Below the pieces are notes generated by a model, which made no database searches, was not told the origin of the DNA, and was given only the letters and a program-made list of their open reading frames with translations. A program made the position numbers and the translations under genes. A DNA stretch of 64,000 nucleotides from Candidatus Levyibacteriota bacterium (GTDB taxonomy: Bacteria; Patescibacteriota; Microgenomatia; Levybacterales; UBA12049). The first letter of the stretch is position 1. Every line of letters starts with the position of its first letter. The stretch is taken from NCBI GenBank assembly GCA_052034235.1, contig JBPOIT010000012.1, forward strand, positions 34,161 through 98,160. The letters are read 5' to 3'. Positions 1 through 9,670 of the stretch are shown one piece after another.

Positions 1-230
1 AAGGCATGGTAAACCCTGTTGAAATTATCGTACAAACACTTCAGGATCATATTAATTCCGATAATGCATTAGACGAGGCACATTCTCTGCTTGCTATGAG
101 AAGAGAACAGGGATTACGCCATCTGCTTGTCCCGTATGCAGAAGAACCTGATGATACGAATATCCGTACTGAAACAAACCGTTTACGAAAAACAAGGGTT
201 ATTAATCTTGCCGACAGTGGTTTCAATTAA
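1..230 (+). CDS. Hypothetical protein, probably the 3' end of a gene entering from the left edge
   Basis: Frame open from position 3 to TAA at 228-230; converges on recJ with an 8-nt overlap; no recognisable motif. Confidence 0.4.
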   Translation, partial: GMVNPVEIIVQTLQDHINSDNALDEAHSLLAMRREQGLRHLLVPYAEEPDDTNIRTETNRLRKTRVINLADSGFN

Positions 231-1899
231 TACGCAGCTTAATATCTCTAATCTTCAGTTGCAGCTTTGTATTTCCATTCCATGTATTTTCATCAAGCGT
301 GTAGGCAACATCTATTTTGTCACCGGTTTTTATATCACTTGCGAGCTCTCCCATGTTAAAGGCTATTGCTTCGAACGATTTCTTGTCTGATTTGAGCCAG
401 AGTTTGAGGTGAGTGTTTTCTTTGCCCATTACTCTGAAGTTTTCAATAGTGACTCCCCTGCTTGCAAATACTGGTTCTGGGTTTCCCATGCCAAACGGTG
501 CGAGCTGTTGGAGTGCGTCGTAAAGTTCTTGGTCCAAAACATCTAGCGGGACTTCACAATCGATTTTCAGTCTTCTTGTTAACGTATCACCGGTTAGTAA
601 TTTCTCGGCTTCTTTTTCTAAAAAAGCCTGCAGTGCTGGAAGTTTCGCAGTTTCAACAGTAAACCCAGCTGCCATCGGATGTCCACCGACATTTATCAAA
701 TGCTCACTCGCGCTTCTTAAAAATTCGATCATGTTAAATCCACTGACAGATCTGGCAGAGGCTTTACTTTCTTTCTCACCAATCGATAAAACAATTGCAG
801 GACGATAAAATTCTTCAACAAGTTTTCCGGCAACAAGTCCAATCACTCCTTGTGGATATTCTTCATGTCCAATGACTAACACATTTTTTAATATGGGCGC
901 TTTTCTTATCGCTTCTTTTGCATGATCTGCAGCTTTTCTCATGACATATTGCCGTTCTTTATTTGTCCCTTCTAACTGTTCTGCTAGCAGTTGCGCGCGT
1001 GTTATATTTTTTGTGCATAGAAGACGCAAACTATCCATTGCTGATTCGATCCGACCAGCAGCATTAAGTCTCGGCGCAATCACATAACCTATTTCATACA
1101 CGCTAAAAATATCCTTTTCTATTCCCGCCTGCTTATACAGTTCACGCAGACCGTGTCTTTTTGTTTGGGCTAATTTATCAAGTCCGTGTTTTACAATTGC
1201 TCGATTAGAACCGGTAAGCGGTACTAAATCTGCAACAGTTCCGAGTGCTGCCAGTTCAAGATGTAAATCTTCTTCAGCAGTATCTGGAACAAGTGTGTCA
1301 TGTTTGAATTCTTGAGATAAGAGGTACGCAACACCTGCACCGCAAAGATTGGTGGTATGCACAATTGCATATGCATCGGGAAGTTTTTCACCTATCGTAT
1401 GATGATCGGTAATAATAACATCAATACCTTTTTTATTGGCGAAATCGACAGCATCATTGGCAACAATTCCGTTATCAACAGTGATAATCAGTTTGGGATT
1501 TATTTTTGTTAACTCTTCGTTCTCAAGTGCCTTAGTCGAAAGTCCGTACCCTTCATCAATACGATTTGGAATAAATGGAATAACCGTTGCTCCCATACGA
1601 TGAAGTGTTTCCCACAAAATAGCACTGCCAGTTATACCGTCAACATCATAATCTCCAAAAACCACAATCTGTTCCTTGGTATCAATTGCTTTTCTGATTC
1701 GCTTGAGCGCTTTTGCAAGTTGTTTTTGATCAATCCCAACCGCTTCAGTCGTCACATCTTCAAGTCGAGGATTGAGAAAATTTTCAATATCTTTTTTACC
1801 AGTAAAGCCGCGGTTCTTCAAAAGTAATTGAATCAAAACGTCAACGTTGAATGTTGCAGTTTTTACTTTTAACTTATTAAGTGTTTCCCATTTCTTCAT
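223..1899 (-). CDS. recJ: Single-stranded DNA exonuclease RecJ
   Basis: DHH-family motifs GDYDVDG, ITVDNG, ITDHH, GTVADLVPL, PRLNAAGR, GGHPMAAG; APFGMGNPEP and C-terminal OB fold. Confidence 0.97.
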   Translation of the reverse strand: MKKWETLNKLKVKTATFNVDVLIQLLLKNRGFTGKKDIENFLNPRLEDVTTEAVGIDQKQLAKALKRIRKAIDTKEQIVVFGDYDVDGITGSAILWETLHRMGATVIPFIPNRIDEGYGLSTKALENEELTKINPKLIITVDNGIVANDAVDFANKKGIDVIITDHHTIGEKLPDAYAIVHTTNLCGAGVAYLLSQEFKHDTLVPDTAEEDLHLELAALGTVADLVPLTGSNRAIVKHGLDKLAQTKRHGLRELYKQAGIEKDIFSVYEIGYVIAPRLNAAGRIESAMDSLRLLCTKNITRAQLLAEQLEGTNKERQYVMRKAADHAKEAIRKAPILKNVLVIGHEEYPQGVIGLVAGKLVEEFYRPAIVLSIGEKESKASARSVSGFNMIEFLRSASEHLINVGGHPMAAGFTVETAKLPALQAFLEKEAEKLLTGDTLTRRLKIDCEVPLDVLDQELYDALQQLAPFGMGNPEPVFASRGVTIENFRVMGKENTHLKLWLKSDKKSFEAIAFNMGELASDIKTGDKIDVAYTLDENTWNGNTKLQLKIRDIKLRIN

Positions 1900-1939
1900 A
1901 TATTTTTATCTAAAATGACGGCTGAGTTATTAAATTATC

Positions 1940-1950
1940 TGATATACTAT
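1940..1950 (+). promoter_or_regulatory. Extended -10 element (TGaTATACT) for cca, very short leader
   Basis: TGn+TATACT at 1940-1948 (overlapping TACTAT 1945-1950), 7-9 nt before ATG 1958, no SD. Confidence 0.5.
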
Positions 1951-1957
1951 ACCATAT

Positions 1958-3322
1958 ATGCTAGACAAGATCCCAGATGACATAAGGCGTATCGCCCAAA
2001 AATTTATTGACAGCGGATTTGAAATATTTCTCGTCGGTGGATCTGTTCGTGATTTACTTGTCAGCCGCAATGTAAAAGATTGGGATTTTACAACCAATGC
2101 TACACCTGAAGAAATGTTAAAACTTTTTCCGGAAGGATTTTATGATAACGTTTTCGGCACGGTCGGTATTCCACTGAAACAACTTGAAGAAACTGAACAT
2201 GCAGGAATCGTTGAAGTGACAACCTATCGAACTGAAAAGGGCTATAAAGACAGACGCCATCCAGAATCGGTAGAATGGGGACAGACAATTGAGGAAGATC
2301 TTTCAAGACGAGATTTTACCATTAATGCAATGGCACTTGATATTTCTGCTCAAAAAGATCTTATTGATCCATATAATGGTCAGGAAGATTTAAAAAATAA
2401 TTTGATTAAAGCAGTTGGCGATGCGGATCTGCGGTTTAAGGAAGATGCACTTCGTTTGATGCGTGCAATTAGATTTGCAGCACAACTCGGATTTCAAATC
2501 GAAGAAAAAACGCTTGCTGCAATCACAAATGATGCAGCTCTTCTTTCGGAGATTGCCAAAGAGCGAGTACGTGATGAACTCATAAAGATACTGGCAAGTG
2601 ATTATCCATACGAGGGAATAATGCTTCTGAATAACACGGGTCTTCTTGCATTTATTTTGCCTGAATTGCTTGAAGGAATCGGTGTCTCCCAATCACGTCC
2701 TGGCAGACATCATAAAGACGATGTGTTTACACACAATGTCCTCTCACTTAAGTTTTGTACCTCAAGTGACCCAATTGTTCGTTTCGCAACACTTATCCAC
2801 GATGTTGGTAAACCAAGAGTAGCAAGTATTGATGACGAGGGTTATGTTATTTTTCATAATCATGAAATTGTCGGCTCTCGCATGGCATATGAAATTGCTG
2901 ACAGGTTGCGCTTTTCGAAAAAGGATCGTGGTAAGGTCGCAAAACTTATTCGCTGGCATATGTTTACTGTTGATGAACATATTACCGATAGCGCTGTCAG
3001 AAGATTTATCAGGAGAACTGGTGTTGAAAATGTAAAAGACATGATGGATTTAAGAGTTGGTGACCGACTAGGAGGTGGTACACAAACTGCCGAAAGTTGG
3101 AGGCTTAAATTATTTAAGAAACGTGTCGAAGAACAACTTGCACCAGAACCGTTCTCGATAAAAGATTTAGCGATAAACGGCAATGATGTTATGCAGGAAC
3201 TTCGTATTAAACCAAGTAGAAAAATTGGTGAAATTTTACAAAAACTTTTTGAAGAAGTTGATGAAGATTTAGAGAAGAATACGAAAGAATATTTACTTAA
3301 GAGAGTTAAGGAGATTCAATAA
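1958..3322 (+). CDS. cca: CCA tRNA nucleotidyltransferase with HD domain
   Basis: VGGSVRD, DWDFTT, RRDFTINAMA, EDALRLMRAIRF; HD motif LIHDVGKP. Confidence 0.92.
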   Translation: MLDKIPDDIRRIAQKFIDSGFEIFLVGGSVRDLLVSRNVKDWDFTTNATPEEMLKLFPEGFYDNVFGTVGIPLKQLEETEHAGIVEVTTYRTEKGYKDRRHPESVEWGQTIEEDLSRRDFTINAMALDISAQKDLIDPYNGQEDLKNNLIKAVGDADLRFKEDALRLMRAIRFAAQLGFQIEEKTLAAITNDAALLSEIAKERVRDELIKILASDYPYEGIMLLNNTGLLAFILPELLEGIGVSQSRPGRHHKDDVFTHNVLSLKFCTSSDPIVRFATLIHDVGKPRVASIDDEGYVIFHNHEIVGSRMAYEIADRLRFSKKDRGKVAKLIRWHMFTVDEHITDSAVRRFIRRTGVENVKDMMDLRVGDRLGGGTQTAESWRLKLFKKRVEEQLAPEPFSIKDLAINGNDVMQELRIKPSRKIGEILQKLFEEVDEDLEKNTKEYLLKRVKEIQ

Positions 3323-3324
3323 AC

Positions 3325-3750
3325 TTATTTTTTCTTCGCAGTAAGAACTGAGGCACAGAATGCACATCGTTTGGCTTCTTTTGGAACTTCACTCAAACAT
3401 TCAGGACATTTTTTCGTTGTTGGATCAAGTGTTTTCTGATTTTTCTGTGTTGCTGCAACCAATTTGTTCATTGGCGTGACAATGAAGAAGTAAACAACGG
3501 CTGCGTTGATAATGAAAGCGATTATGACATTGATAAAATCACCAACGAGAAATTTAGAATTGTTAAGAGTAAATGCAATTTGTGAAAAATCAGGTTGTCC
3601 ACCTATTGCAGCGATCAAAGGAGTAATAAGGTCTTTAACAAGTGCATTCACAACGGCTGTAAAAGAAGCACCGATTATGATACCAACTGCGAGGTCAACG
3701 GCGTTACCTTTAATGATAAATTGTTTAAAGCCCTGAATAGTTTCTTTCAT
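3325..3750 (-). CDS. mscL: Large-conductance mechanosensitive channel with C-terminal zinc ribbon
   Basis: FKQFIIKGNAVDLAVGIIIGASF, two TM helices; C-terminal CPEC...CAFC. Confidence 0.93.
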   Translation of the reverse strand: MKETIQGFKQFIIKGNAVDLAVGIIIGASFTAVVNALVKDLITPLIAAIGGQPDFSQIAFTLNNSKFLVGDFINVIIAFIINAAVVYFFIVTPMNKLVAATQKNQKTLDPTTKKCPECLSEVPKEAKRCAFCASVLTAKKK

Positions 3751-3762
3751 ATTTCAATTTGT

Positions 3763-3790
3763 ATTATACCGTATTAAGCTCATCTGTCAA
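3763..3790 (-). promoter_or_regulatory. Consensus sigma70 promoter for mscL
   Basis: Minus strand TTGACA (3790-3785), 16 nt, TATAAT (3768-3763); 12 nt before the ATG. Confidence 0.7.
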
Positions 3791-3810
3791 TGATAAACTT
3801 CACTCATATC

Positions 3811-3819
3811 TGATATAAT
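3811..3819 (+). promoter_or_regulatory. Extended -10 element (TGaTATAAT), leaderless yqeY transcript
   Basis: TATAAT 3814-3819 lies 7 nt before ATG 3827. Confidence 0.65.
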
Positions 3820-3826
3820 ACGAGTT

Positions 3827-4279
3827 ATGACAAAACAAGCCTTACGAGACGAACTGAAACACGCGATGCTTTCGAAAAACACATCGAAAGTTTCTGCGAT
3901 CAGAATGGTCATATCAGCTCTCGGATACTACGAAATTGAAAAGGGCGGAGCTGGCTACGAAGCAACAGAAGAAGACGTGCAGGCTGTTGTCCAAAAAGAA
4001 GTGAAACAGCGACGTGACTCCATTGAACAATTTAAAGCAGCCGGACGTGATGAACTGGTTGAAAAAGAGGAAAAGGAATTAAAAATGCTCGAAGCCTATT
4101 TACCAGAACAAATGGGTGAAGAAGAAATTAAAAAACTCGTGAATGATGCGGTAGAAAAATCTGGTGCATCATCGCCTGCCGATATGGGCAAAGTCATGGG
4201 AGTTCTTATGCCTCACGTTAAAGGTAAAGCAGATGGCGGTTTGGTAAGTAAAATTGTCCGCGAAGCCCTCAGTAAATAA
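3827..4279 (+). CDS. yqeY: GatB/YqeY domain protein
   Basis: KEVKQRRDSIEQF..AGR, YLPEQM, DMGKVMG, GKADG motifs; 150 aa. Confidence 0.92.
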   Translation: MTKQALRDELKHAMLSKNTSKVSAIRMVISALGYYEIEKGGAGYEATEEDVQAVVQKEVKQRRDSIEQFKAAGRDELVEKEEKELKMLEAYLPEQMGEEEIKKLVNDAVEKSGASSPADMGKVMGVLMPHVKGKADGGLVSKIVREALSK

Positions 4280-4687
4280 TTATTTAAAAAACCCCTTCAA
4301 TTTCTGAACAAGTGATGTTTTTTGAGGCTGTACTTCAATAGATTGCGTCATTTGACCCTCCTTCACAGTTTGTCCTGTAATTTGCTCTAATTGTTCGGGA
4401 GTCACTTGCTCTCCATTTTGCGTCATAGTCATTATGTGCTGCATTTGCTCGGGTGTGACCTTAAGAGATTGTCCTTGTGCTGATGCAGCCTGCTGCATAA
4501 CACCGTTTTTAAACATATCCCGTATCGTCATATGCATAAGTTGATTTTGACTCGTTTTCGCAATCATTTCCTGAAGTTGCTGTGCATTTATATTCATTGC
4601 TTTCATCACAATCGTTTGAGCCTGGGGATTATTTTGTATAACTTCACCAAATGTTTTATCGAGGATGCCGTGCGGTTCATCAGCCAT
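4280..4687 (-). CDS. Gln/Met-rich hypothetical protein with C-terminal amphipathic helix
   Basis: 135-aa ORF; own TGaTATACT 6 nt upstream; VTPEQ repeated twice; ends SLVQKLKGFFK. Confidence 0.75.
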   Translation of the reverse strand: MADEPHGILDKTFGEVIQNNPQAQTIVMKAMNINAQQLQEMIAKTSQNQLMHMTIRDMFKNGVMQQAASAQGQSLKVTPEQMQHIMTMTQNGEQVTPEQLEQITGQTVKEGQMTQSIEVQPQKTSLVQKLKGFFK

Positions 4688-4699
4688 ATTCTTAGTATA

Positions 4700-5356
4700 T
4701 CATTTACGTTTTCTGCGCGCCTGTGGGAATGTATACAGTTTTTTTGCTTCTTCACGTGTTATTTTTTCAACGCTCATGATTGATGAGCCGAGAATTAAAA
4801 CACTCTCTGCTTCTTTGATTTTAGTAATTTTTGCCGTTTCTCTTTCAAATGAATAAGGATCAGAGAGTTCCAGTTCCTGAACATCATCATTAGGATCAAA
4901 CGAGGATCTTTTATATCTGCCAATATACGCACTTCCGTTTTGCAGCATTACCTTTACAACAGTTTGCGTCTGGACTTTAAAAAACGTATTCCAAAGTCTG
5001 CCAAATGGATACGACGCAACATTAAATACTTTTTCGTTTATAAAAAGGAAAAAACGGCTTTCGACAAGTTTGGCGAGTATAATTGCTAAAAGAACACTCA
5101 GCAGAATTTTTGTTGCCTCAAACCAGAGATTGGTAATTTCAATATGCTGCTGAAAAAGATAGTTAAACGCGGCAAAGATAAGTGCTGTTGTGTAGGTAAG
5201 AGCGACTGAAGCAATGACGCTTAATACGATAACGGTCAGGTCGGTTTTTCGTCTGTCAGGGATTTGATAATAGAATAATAAAACAGTTAATAACCCCGGG
5301 AGGAGGAAAAAAATGACATTTTGAAGATTTGCGACGTCGTAACCTAATGCTTCCAT
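4700..5356 (-). CDS. DUF6338-like membrane protein (3 TM plus small beta domain)
   Basis: FFLLPG start of TM1, W..FF, VKVMLQNGSAYIG..S.DP...ELEL pattern recalled for DUF6338. Confidence 0.65.
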   Translation of the reverse strand: MEALGYDVANLQNVIFFLLPGLLTVLLFYYQIPDRRKTDLTVIVLSVIASVALTYTTALIFAAFNYLFQQHIEITNLWFEATKILLSVLLAIILAKLVESRFFLFINEKVFNVASYPFGRLWNTFFKVQTQTVVKVMLQNGSAYIGRYKRSSFDPNDDVQELELSDPYSFERETAKITKIKEAESVLILGSSIMSVEKITREEAKKLYTFPQARRKRK

Positions 5357-5359
5357 TTA

Positions 5360-5533
5360 CTATTTTTTCTTTCTGGAGGCAGGTTTTAGTTGAATATATT
5401 GTATCTGTCCACTTGGCATCGGAGTTCCCCATTTTCCTGAGGTAATTTTTCTTTCAGCTGGAGTCAGAGGGAATTCATAGTACCCGCCTTTAATTTGTAT
5501 TTTGGGCTCGATTGTATTTTTGGCTATACTCAT
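5360..5533 (-). CDS. Small basic hypothetical protein (57 aa)
   Basis: ATG at 5533 lies 6 nt after TGgTATAAT (5548-5540); stop is 3 nt before the DUF6338-like start. Confidence 0.6.
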   Translation of the reverse strand: MSIAKNTIEPKIQIKGGYYEFPLTPAERKITSGKWGTPMPSGQIQYIQLKPASRKKK

Positions 5534-5577
5534 ACACCTATTATACCACGAGGAAACAATCAAACTGACCACTCTTA

Positions 5578-6486
5578 CTATTTTCTTGCTTTACGTTTGG
5601 CATTGAGTTCCTGCCAGAGGACAAGAAGCGGTGCTGCATTGAAGATTGAGGAATACGTTCCACTGACAACTCCAATGATCATAGCAACGATAAACCATCT
5701 GATTGATTCTCCACCAAAGATAAGTAGGGTTAAAAGAACGAGAAAGGCAGTAAGTGACGTATTTAAGGAACGAACGAGTGTCTGAAGGATTGAATCATTT
5801 GCTATTTGCTCAAATGGTGCTTCGACATTTCGTTTCAAATTCTCACGGATTCTGTCAAAAACAACAATCGTATCATGAACTGAAAATCCAAGTCCTGTCA
5901 GAAGCGCTGTCACAAATAAACTATCGAGTTCAACTCCAGCAAAGTGTCCAAATAGCGAGAATAAACCGATAACAACTAATGCGTCATGAAGGAGTGCAAT
6001 AATTGCACACACACCAAATCTCCAACTACTGACCGGTTTTCTCACACCTCTAAATGACCAGGCAATGTAAAGGACAATAAGAAATGATGATATTGCTAAA
6101 GATTTCGCGGCATTGATTGTTGTCTCTTGGCCGATAATTGGTCCAATCGTCTCAAATCTTTCTTGTTTTACTGTAGTTGTCTTTGTTTTCAGTTCCTTAA
6201 GAAATGCAGCATTTTGTTTATCATCCATTGGTTTTGAACGGATGATAAGTTCTTTATCTGATTTTTGAATAGTTACAATTTCAACCTTTTGCTTTTCAAA
6301 CACATCCCTCACCTGTTCAACTGTTTGTTCATTAATTGTTTGAGGATAGAGAAGCGTCATTCGTGAACCACCGGTGAAATCGATTGAAAGTTTGAGACCC
6401 CAAAGTGCCAAGGAGATAAGCCCCGGGATAATAATCAGGAGTGAAAACGCAAAATACCAATTTTTCTTTCCAATAATATTTAACAT
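5578..6486 (-). CDS. secF: Protein translocase subunit SecF
   Basis: SIDFTGG, IGPIIG, LLHD, SVHDTIVVFDRIREN, RSLNTS, GTYSSIF. Confidence 0.97.
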   Translation of the reverse strand: MLNIIGKKNWYFAFSLLIIIPGLISLALWGLKLSIDFTGGSRMTLLYPQTINEQTVEQVRDVFEKQKVEIVTIQKSDKELIIRSKPMDDKQNAAFLKELKTKTTTVKQERFETIGPIIGQETTINAAKSLAISSFLIVLYIAWSFRGVRKPVSSWRFGVCAIIALLHDALVVIGLFSLFGHFAGVELDSLFVTALLTGLGFSVHDTIVVFDRIRENLKRNVEAPFEQIANDSILQTLVRSLNTSLTAFLVLLTLLIFGGESIRWFIVAMIIGVVSGTYSSIFNAAPLLVLWQELNAKRKARK

Positions 6487-6489
6487 AGT

Positions 6490-7857
6490 TTAGTCTTTTT
6501 TATAAAACGCCTTTAATAAAACTCTAGTAACAAAAATGGCTGAGAACATAGAGATAAGTATACCTAATGCCAAGGTGAGAGCAAAGCCTCGAACAACACC
6601 TGTTCCAAAGTAAAACAATACTGCACTGGTAATTAAACTTGCAACGTTTGAGTCACGAATTGAGAGCCATGCTCTAGAAAAACCTAAATCTATTGCAGAA
6701 CTTCGTGATCTGCCTCTTCTGAGTTCTTCTTTTGTGCGCTCAAAAATAAGGATATTTGCATCAACAGCAATACCAACAGAAAGAATGAATCCTGCAATTC
6801 CAGCCAGTGTCAGTGTCACAGGGATGATCTTAAAGATCGCGAGTACAATCAGTGCATAAATTGTCAAAGCCAAACTGGCGATAAGCCCGAGTCTGCCGTA
6901 AAGCACTACCATGAAAACAACGATAACAAAAAAGCCTATTAATCCAGCAACCAAACTTTTTTCAACCGAGGCTTGACCGAGTGTTGCTCCGATACTTCGC
7001 TGCTCAAGAACTGAGAGTGAAACTGGGAGCGCACCGGCATTCAGCTGTACTTGCAGTGTTTTTGCCTCATCAGTTGTAAAGTTCCCACTAATTTCTCCTT
7101 GTCCTCCATAGATAGGACCGTTGACGACTGGTGCTGAAACCAACTGATCATCGAGCACAATTGCGAGCGGACGTCCGACATTTCGCTCAGTTATATCTCC
7201 AAATTTCTCGCCGCCTTCAGTTGTAAAGGTCAACTGCACAACAGGTTCTCCAGTCGTTGAATTAAACCCAACCACAGATTGTTTTAAATCTTCACCCGTC
7301 AAAGTTGTTTTCTTAGCATCAGGTCCAAGTGCAATTTGCAGATTGATTGGTACAGCAGATGTTGATGACAGTTTGGTTGGATCAATACCTGCTGAAGGAC
7401 TTGCTGTTTCTGGTATCTCCCAGAAAGATAATTTGGCTGTTTTTCCGACAAGCTGCACTGCCTGGTTTACATCAGTAATACCAGGAATTTCAACAATAAT
7501 ACGATAATCATTATTTATTTTTGACGTTTGGACGAGTGGTTCAGAAACGCCAAAGAAATTGATACGGCGTTCGATAACTTCTTTGGCTGAGTTTAACGCA
7601 TCTTCTCGCTGTCCTTGCGGAATATCCTGCATATCAGCTTTGAGCGTCACACTTGTACCTCCCTCAAGATCCAAACCTTTTCTGAAAGGCAATTCATGAT
7701 GCAGGTTAACTGCTTTGAATACAGGGTTGTTATTGATTGCAGGAATTTCTTGTTTGAAGAATGGAAGGTCAACTTTTATCGGTTGCGCAAGATTTATGGT
7801 CAGTGCTGCCAATGTGAGAAAAACAATGAAGACGAGCATCCAGTTTATTCGTTTCAT
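6490..7857 (-). CDS. secD: Protein translocase subunit SecD
   Basis: GLDLEGG, RRINFFGVSEP, AIVLD, LNAGALPV, GIAVDANILIFER, IRDSN. Confidence 0.97.
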   Translation of the reverse strand: MKRINWMLVFIVFLTLAALTINLAQPIKVDLPFFKQEIPAINNNPVFKAVNLHHELPFRKGLDLEGGTSVTLKADMQDIPQGQREDALNSAKEVIERRINFFGVSEPLVQTSKINNDYRIIVEIPGITDVNQAVQLVGKTAKLSFWEIPETASPSAGIDPTKLSSTSAVPINLQIALGPDAKKTTLTGEDLKQSVVGFNSTTGEPVVQLTFTTEGGEKFGDITERNVGRPLAIVLDDQLVSAPVVNGPIYGGQGEISGNFTTDEAKTLQVQLNAGALPVSLSVLEQRSIGATLGQASVEKSLVAGLIGFFVIVVFMVVLYGRLGLIASLALTIYALIVLAIFKIIPVTLTLAGIAGFILSVGIAVDANILIFERTKEELRRGRSRSSAIDLGFSRAWLSIRDSNVASLITSAVLFYFGTGVVRGFALTLALGILISMFSAIFVTRVLLKAFYKKD

Positions 7858-8432
7858 GAAGTGAGCATAGCCTCCTCATCGCCAATAAGCATCACTCGTG
7901 ATCCCATAAGTATACCAGCCAAAAAAGGATCGTTACGCTGCTTTCTGAATTTGAATTCTTCCTCAGTCATAGCTGTGTAATTAATTTCAGTTCCAAGTCT
8001 CATCTCTTCGTTTCTTACCAAAACAGCTAGCTCAGGAAGCACAACGGTACCTACGATTATCAAATCAACATCTTCAGGAGATTCTTTTATTCGACGTGCA
8101 AATTTGCCTGAAAACATGGTGTATTTTATTTTTCCAAGTTTTACCTTGTTCTCAATAATTGCAGCACCGAGTCCGATGGTTTTGACGCCAATTCGAATGA
8201 GGTCAAAATAAAATGGATAATCTTTGGAAAGGGAATAATACACACGATTCGCACGAGGTTCTCTATTGAGAATGCCTTTTTTTTCAAGAAGAATCAGCTC
8301 ACGTCTGACTGCGTTTATTTCTTCTTCTGTCTTTCGCACGCATTCACGAACATGATACATCTCTCCGGGCTGAGTAAGAAATACGTGTAAAAGTTTAACG
8401 CGGGTTTTTGATGTAATAAGATCTGCAAACAT
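7854..8432 (-). CDS. Winged-HTH plus degenerate nucleotidyltransferase-fold protein
   Basis: N-terminal ArsR-like wHTH (SKTRVKLL...VRRELILLEKKGIL...RVYY); C-terminal SGKF...DVDLIIVG...EINYT; ATGA overlap with secD. Confidence 0.75.
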   Translation of the reverse strand: MFADLITSKTRVKLLHVFLTQPGEMYHVRECVRKTEEEINAVRRELILLEKKGILNREPRANRVYYSLSKDYPFYFDLIRIGVKTIGLGAAIIENKVKLGKIKYTMFSGKFARRIKESPEDVDLIIVGTVVLPELAVLVRNEEMRLGTEINYTAMTEEEFKFRKQRNDPFLAGILMGSRVMLIGDEEAMLTS

Positions 8433-8495
8433 AGCCCTAATAGAATCTTTGCCGATTATAGCAAAAATGTACTCAGTTTGAATAGAGGAAATACG

Positions 8496-9662
8496 CTACT
8501 TAACTGTTACGTCTGAGGCAGATGCTTTCAGGGTAAACCAGATATTTCCTTTATTAAACATTATTTCCTTGCCACTTTCGTCGTAAAGCATCGTTCTGCT
8601 TTCTCGATCAGCTTTTTTCCATGTACCATTTACTTCTTTTCCATCCATAAAGATTGAAGCCTTCCCAGTACCCTTTGTTCCATAGAGCATATGGAGATTA
8701 CCTTCGTAGCCATCGTTTGCTTGTGATTCTTTCATAAAAAGGACAACGACATTTTTAGCGGTAAGCTGTTTTTTTGTATTTCTGTCGAGATGAGCTTCTC
8801 CTCCATTTTCACGCTTGTAGAGGTTTTGTTCAGTATCATAAACCCAGTCAACAGCATACGCATCGTTATTCCATTCTATTCTGACATTTTGACTTGCAGG
8901 ACGACTACCTGCTGCGACGTCATCTTTAAATTTGTATGCTACGAAGTCTTTATCCCAAGAATCCCCATCTTTATCAACATCAGTTATTCCTCGTTCTTTG
9001 GCAACTTCCCATAATTTCGTTGTTACAGAGTACATCGTATGTTCTGTAGCTACTTCACGACCCAGGCGACTTTGATCTCTTCTGAATGTTGGGAACCCAA
9101 TTGAGAACTGGCTTAAGTCGTTATAACCATTCCAGCCGTAATCACCTATCTGTCCAAGTGCATTTGCAGGGCCTGGGGTATTTGCACCGCCTACATGTGT
9201 GTACAATGGGTAAGCACCGTATTCTGAAATATAATCAAGGTAATAGGTACGAGCAGATCGAACTGGCCCGACGATACCTGCATCCTGACAGTGAAAGACC
9301 AGGAGGAAACGAGTTATGCCCCCTTCTGCAACTGCTTCATAAACTGTATCTGCAAACGATAGTCCTGACTGTGGACGTGCATCAGTTGAGTTTTCAACCA
9401 TGACTCCAAGTGGTCTATGTTTTTCCCACCAAGCTTTTTGATCAGCAGGATACTTTACACCTGTAAGTGGACAGCTCTCAGTTTTTTCTCCTTCAAAAGT
9501 GAGTGCTTCGTAATCATTGGCTGTTTTGCCTGCAAGAGGATTTCCTTGTTTACCCCCGCTGAGGTTGAGCGCTGAGGATTGTTGCGAAAAGAGAAAGTAC
9601 GAAATGCCGGTTGTAGCAAGATAGACAACGAGTGCGATGATTATTTGGACAGGTTTACTCAT
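8496..9662 (-). CDS. DUF3048 (YerB-like) membrane-anchored protein
   Basis: RPLGVMVEN..ARPQSGL..AD.VYE..AEGGITRF, GPVRSAR; N-terminal TM. Confidence 0.88.
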   Translation of the reverse strand: MSKPVQIIIALVVYLATTGISYFLFSQQSSALNLSGGKQGNPLAGKTANDYEALTFEGEKTESCPLTGVKYPADQKAWWEKHRPLGVMVENSTDARPQSGLSFADTVYEAVAEGGITRFLLVFHCQDAGIVGPVRSARTYYLDYISEYGAYPLYTHVGGANTPGPANALGQIGDYGWNGYNDLSQFSIGFPTFRRDQSRLGREVATEHTMYSVTTKLWEVAKERGITDVDKDGDSWDKDFVAYKFKDDVAAGSRPASQNVRIEWNNDAYAVDWVYDTEQNLYKRENGGEAHLDRNTKKQLTAKNVVVLFMKESQANDGYEGNLHMLYGTKGTGKASIFMDGKEVNGTWKKADRESRTMLYDESGKEIMFNKGNIWFTLKASASDVTVK

Positions 9663-9670
9663 TACTTATA

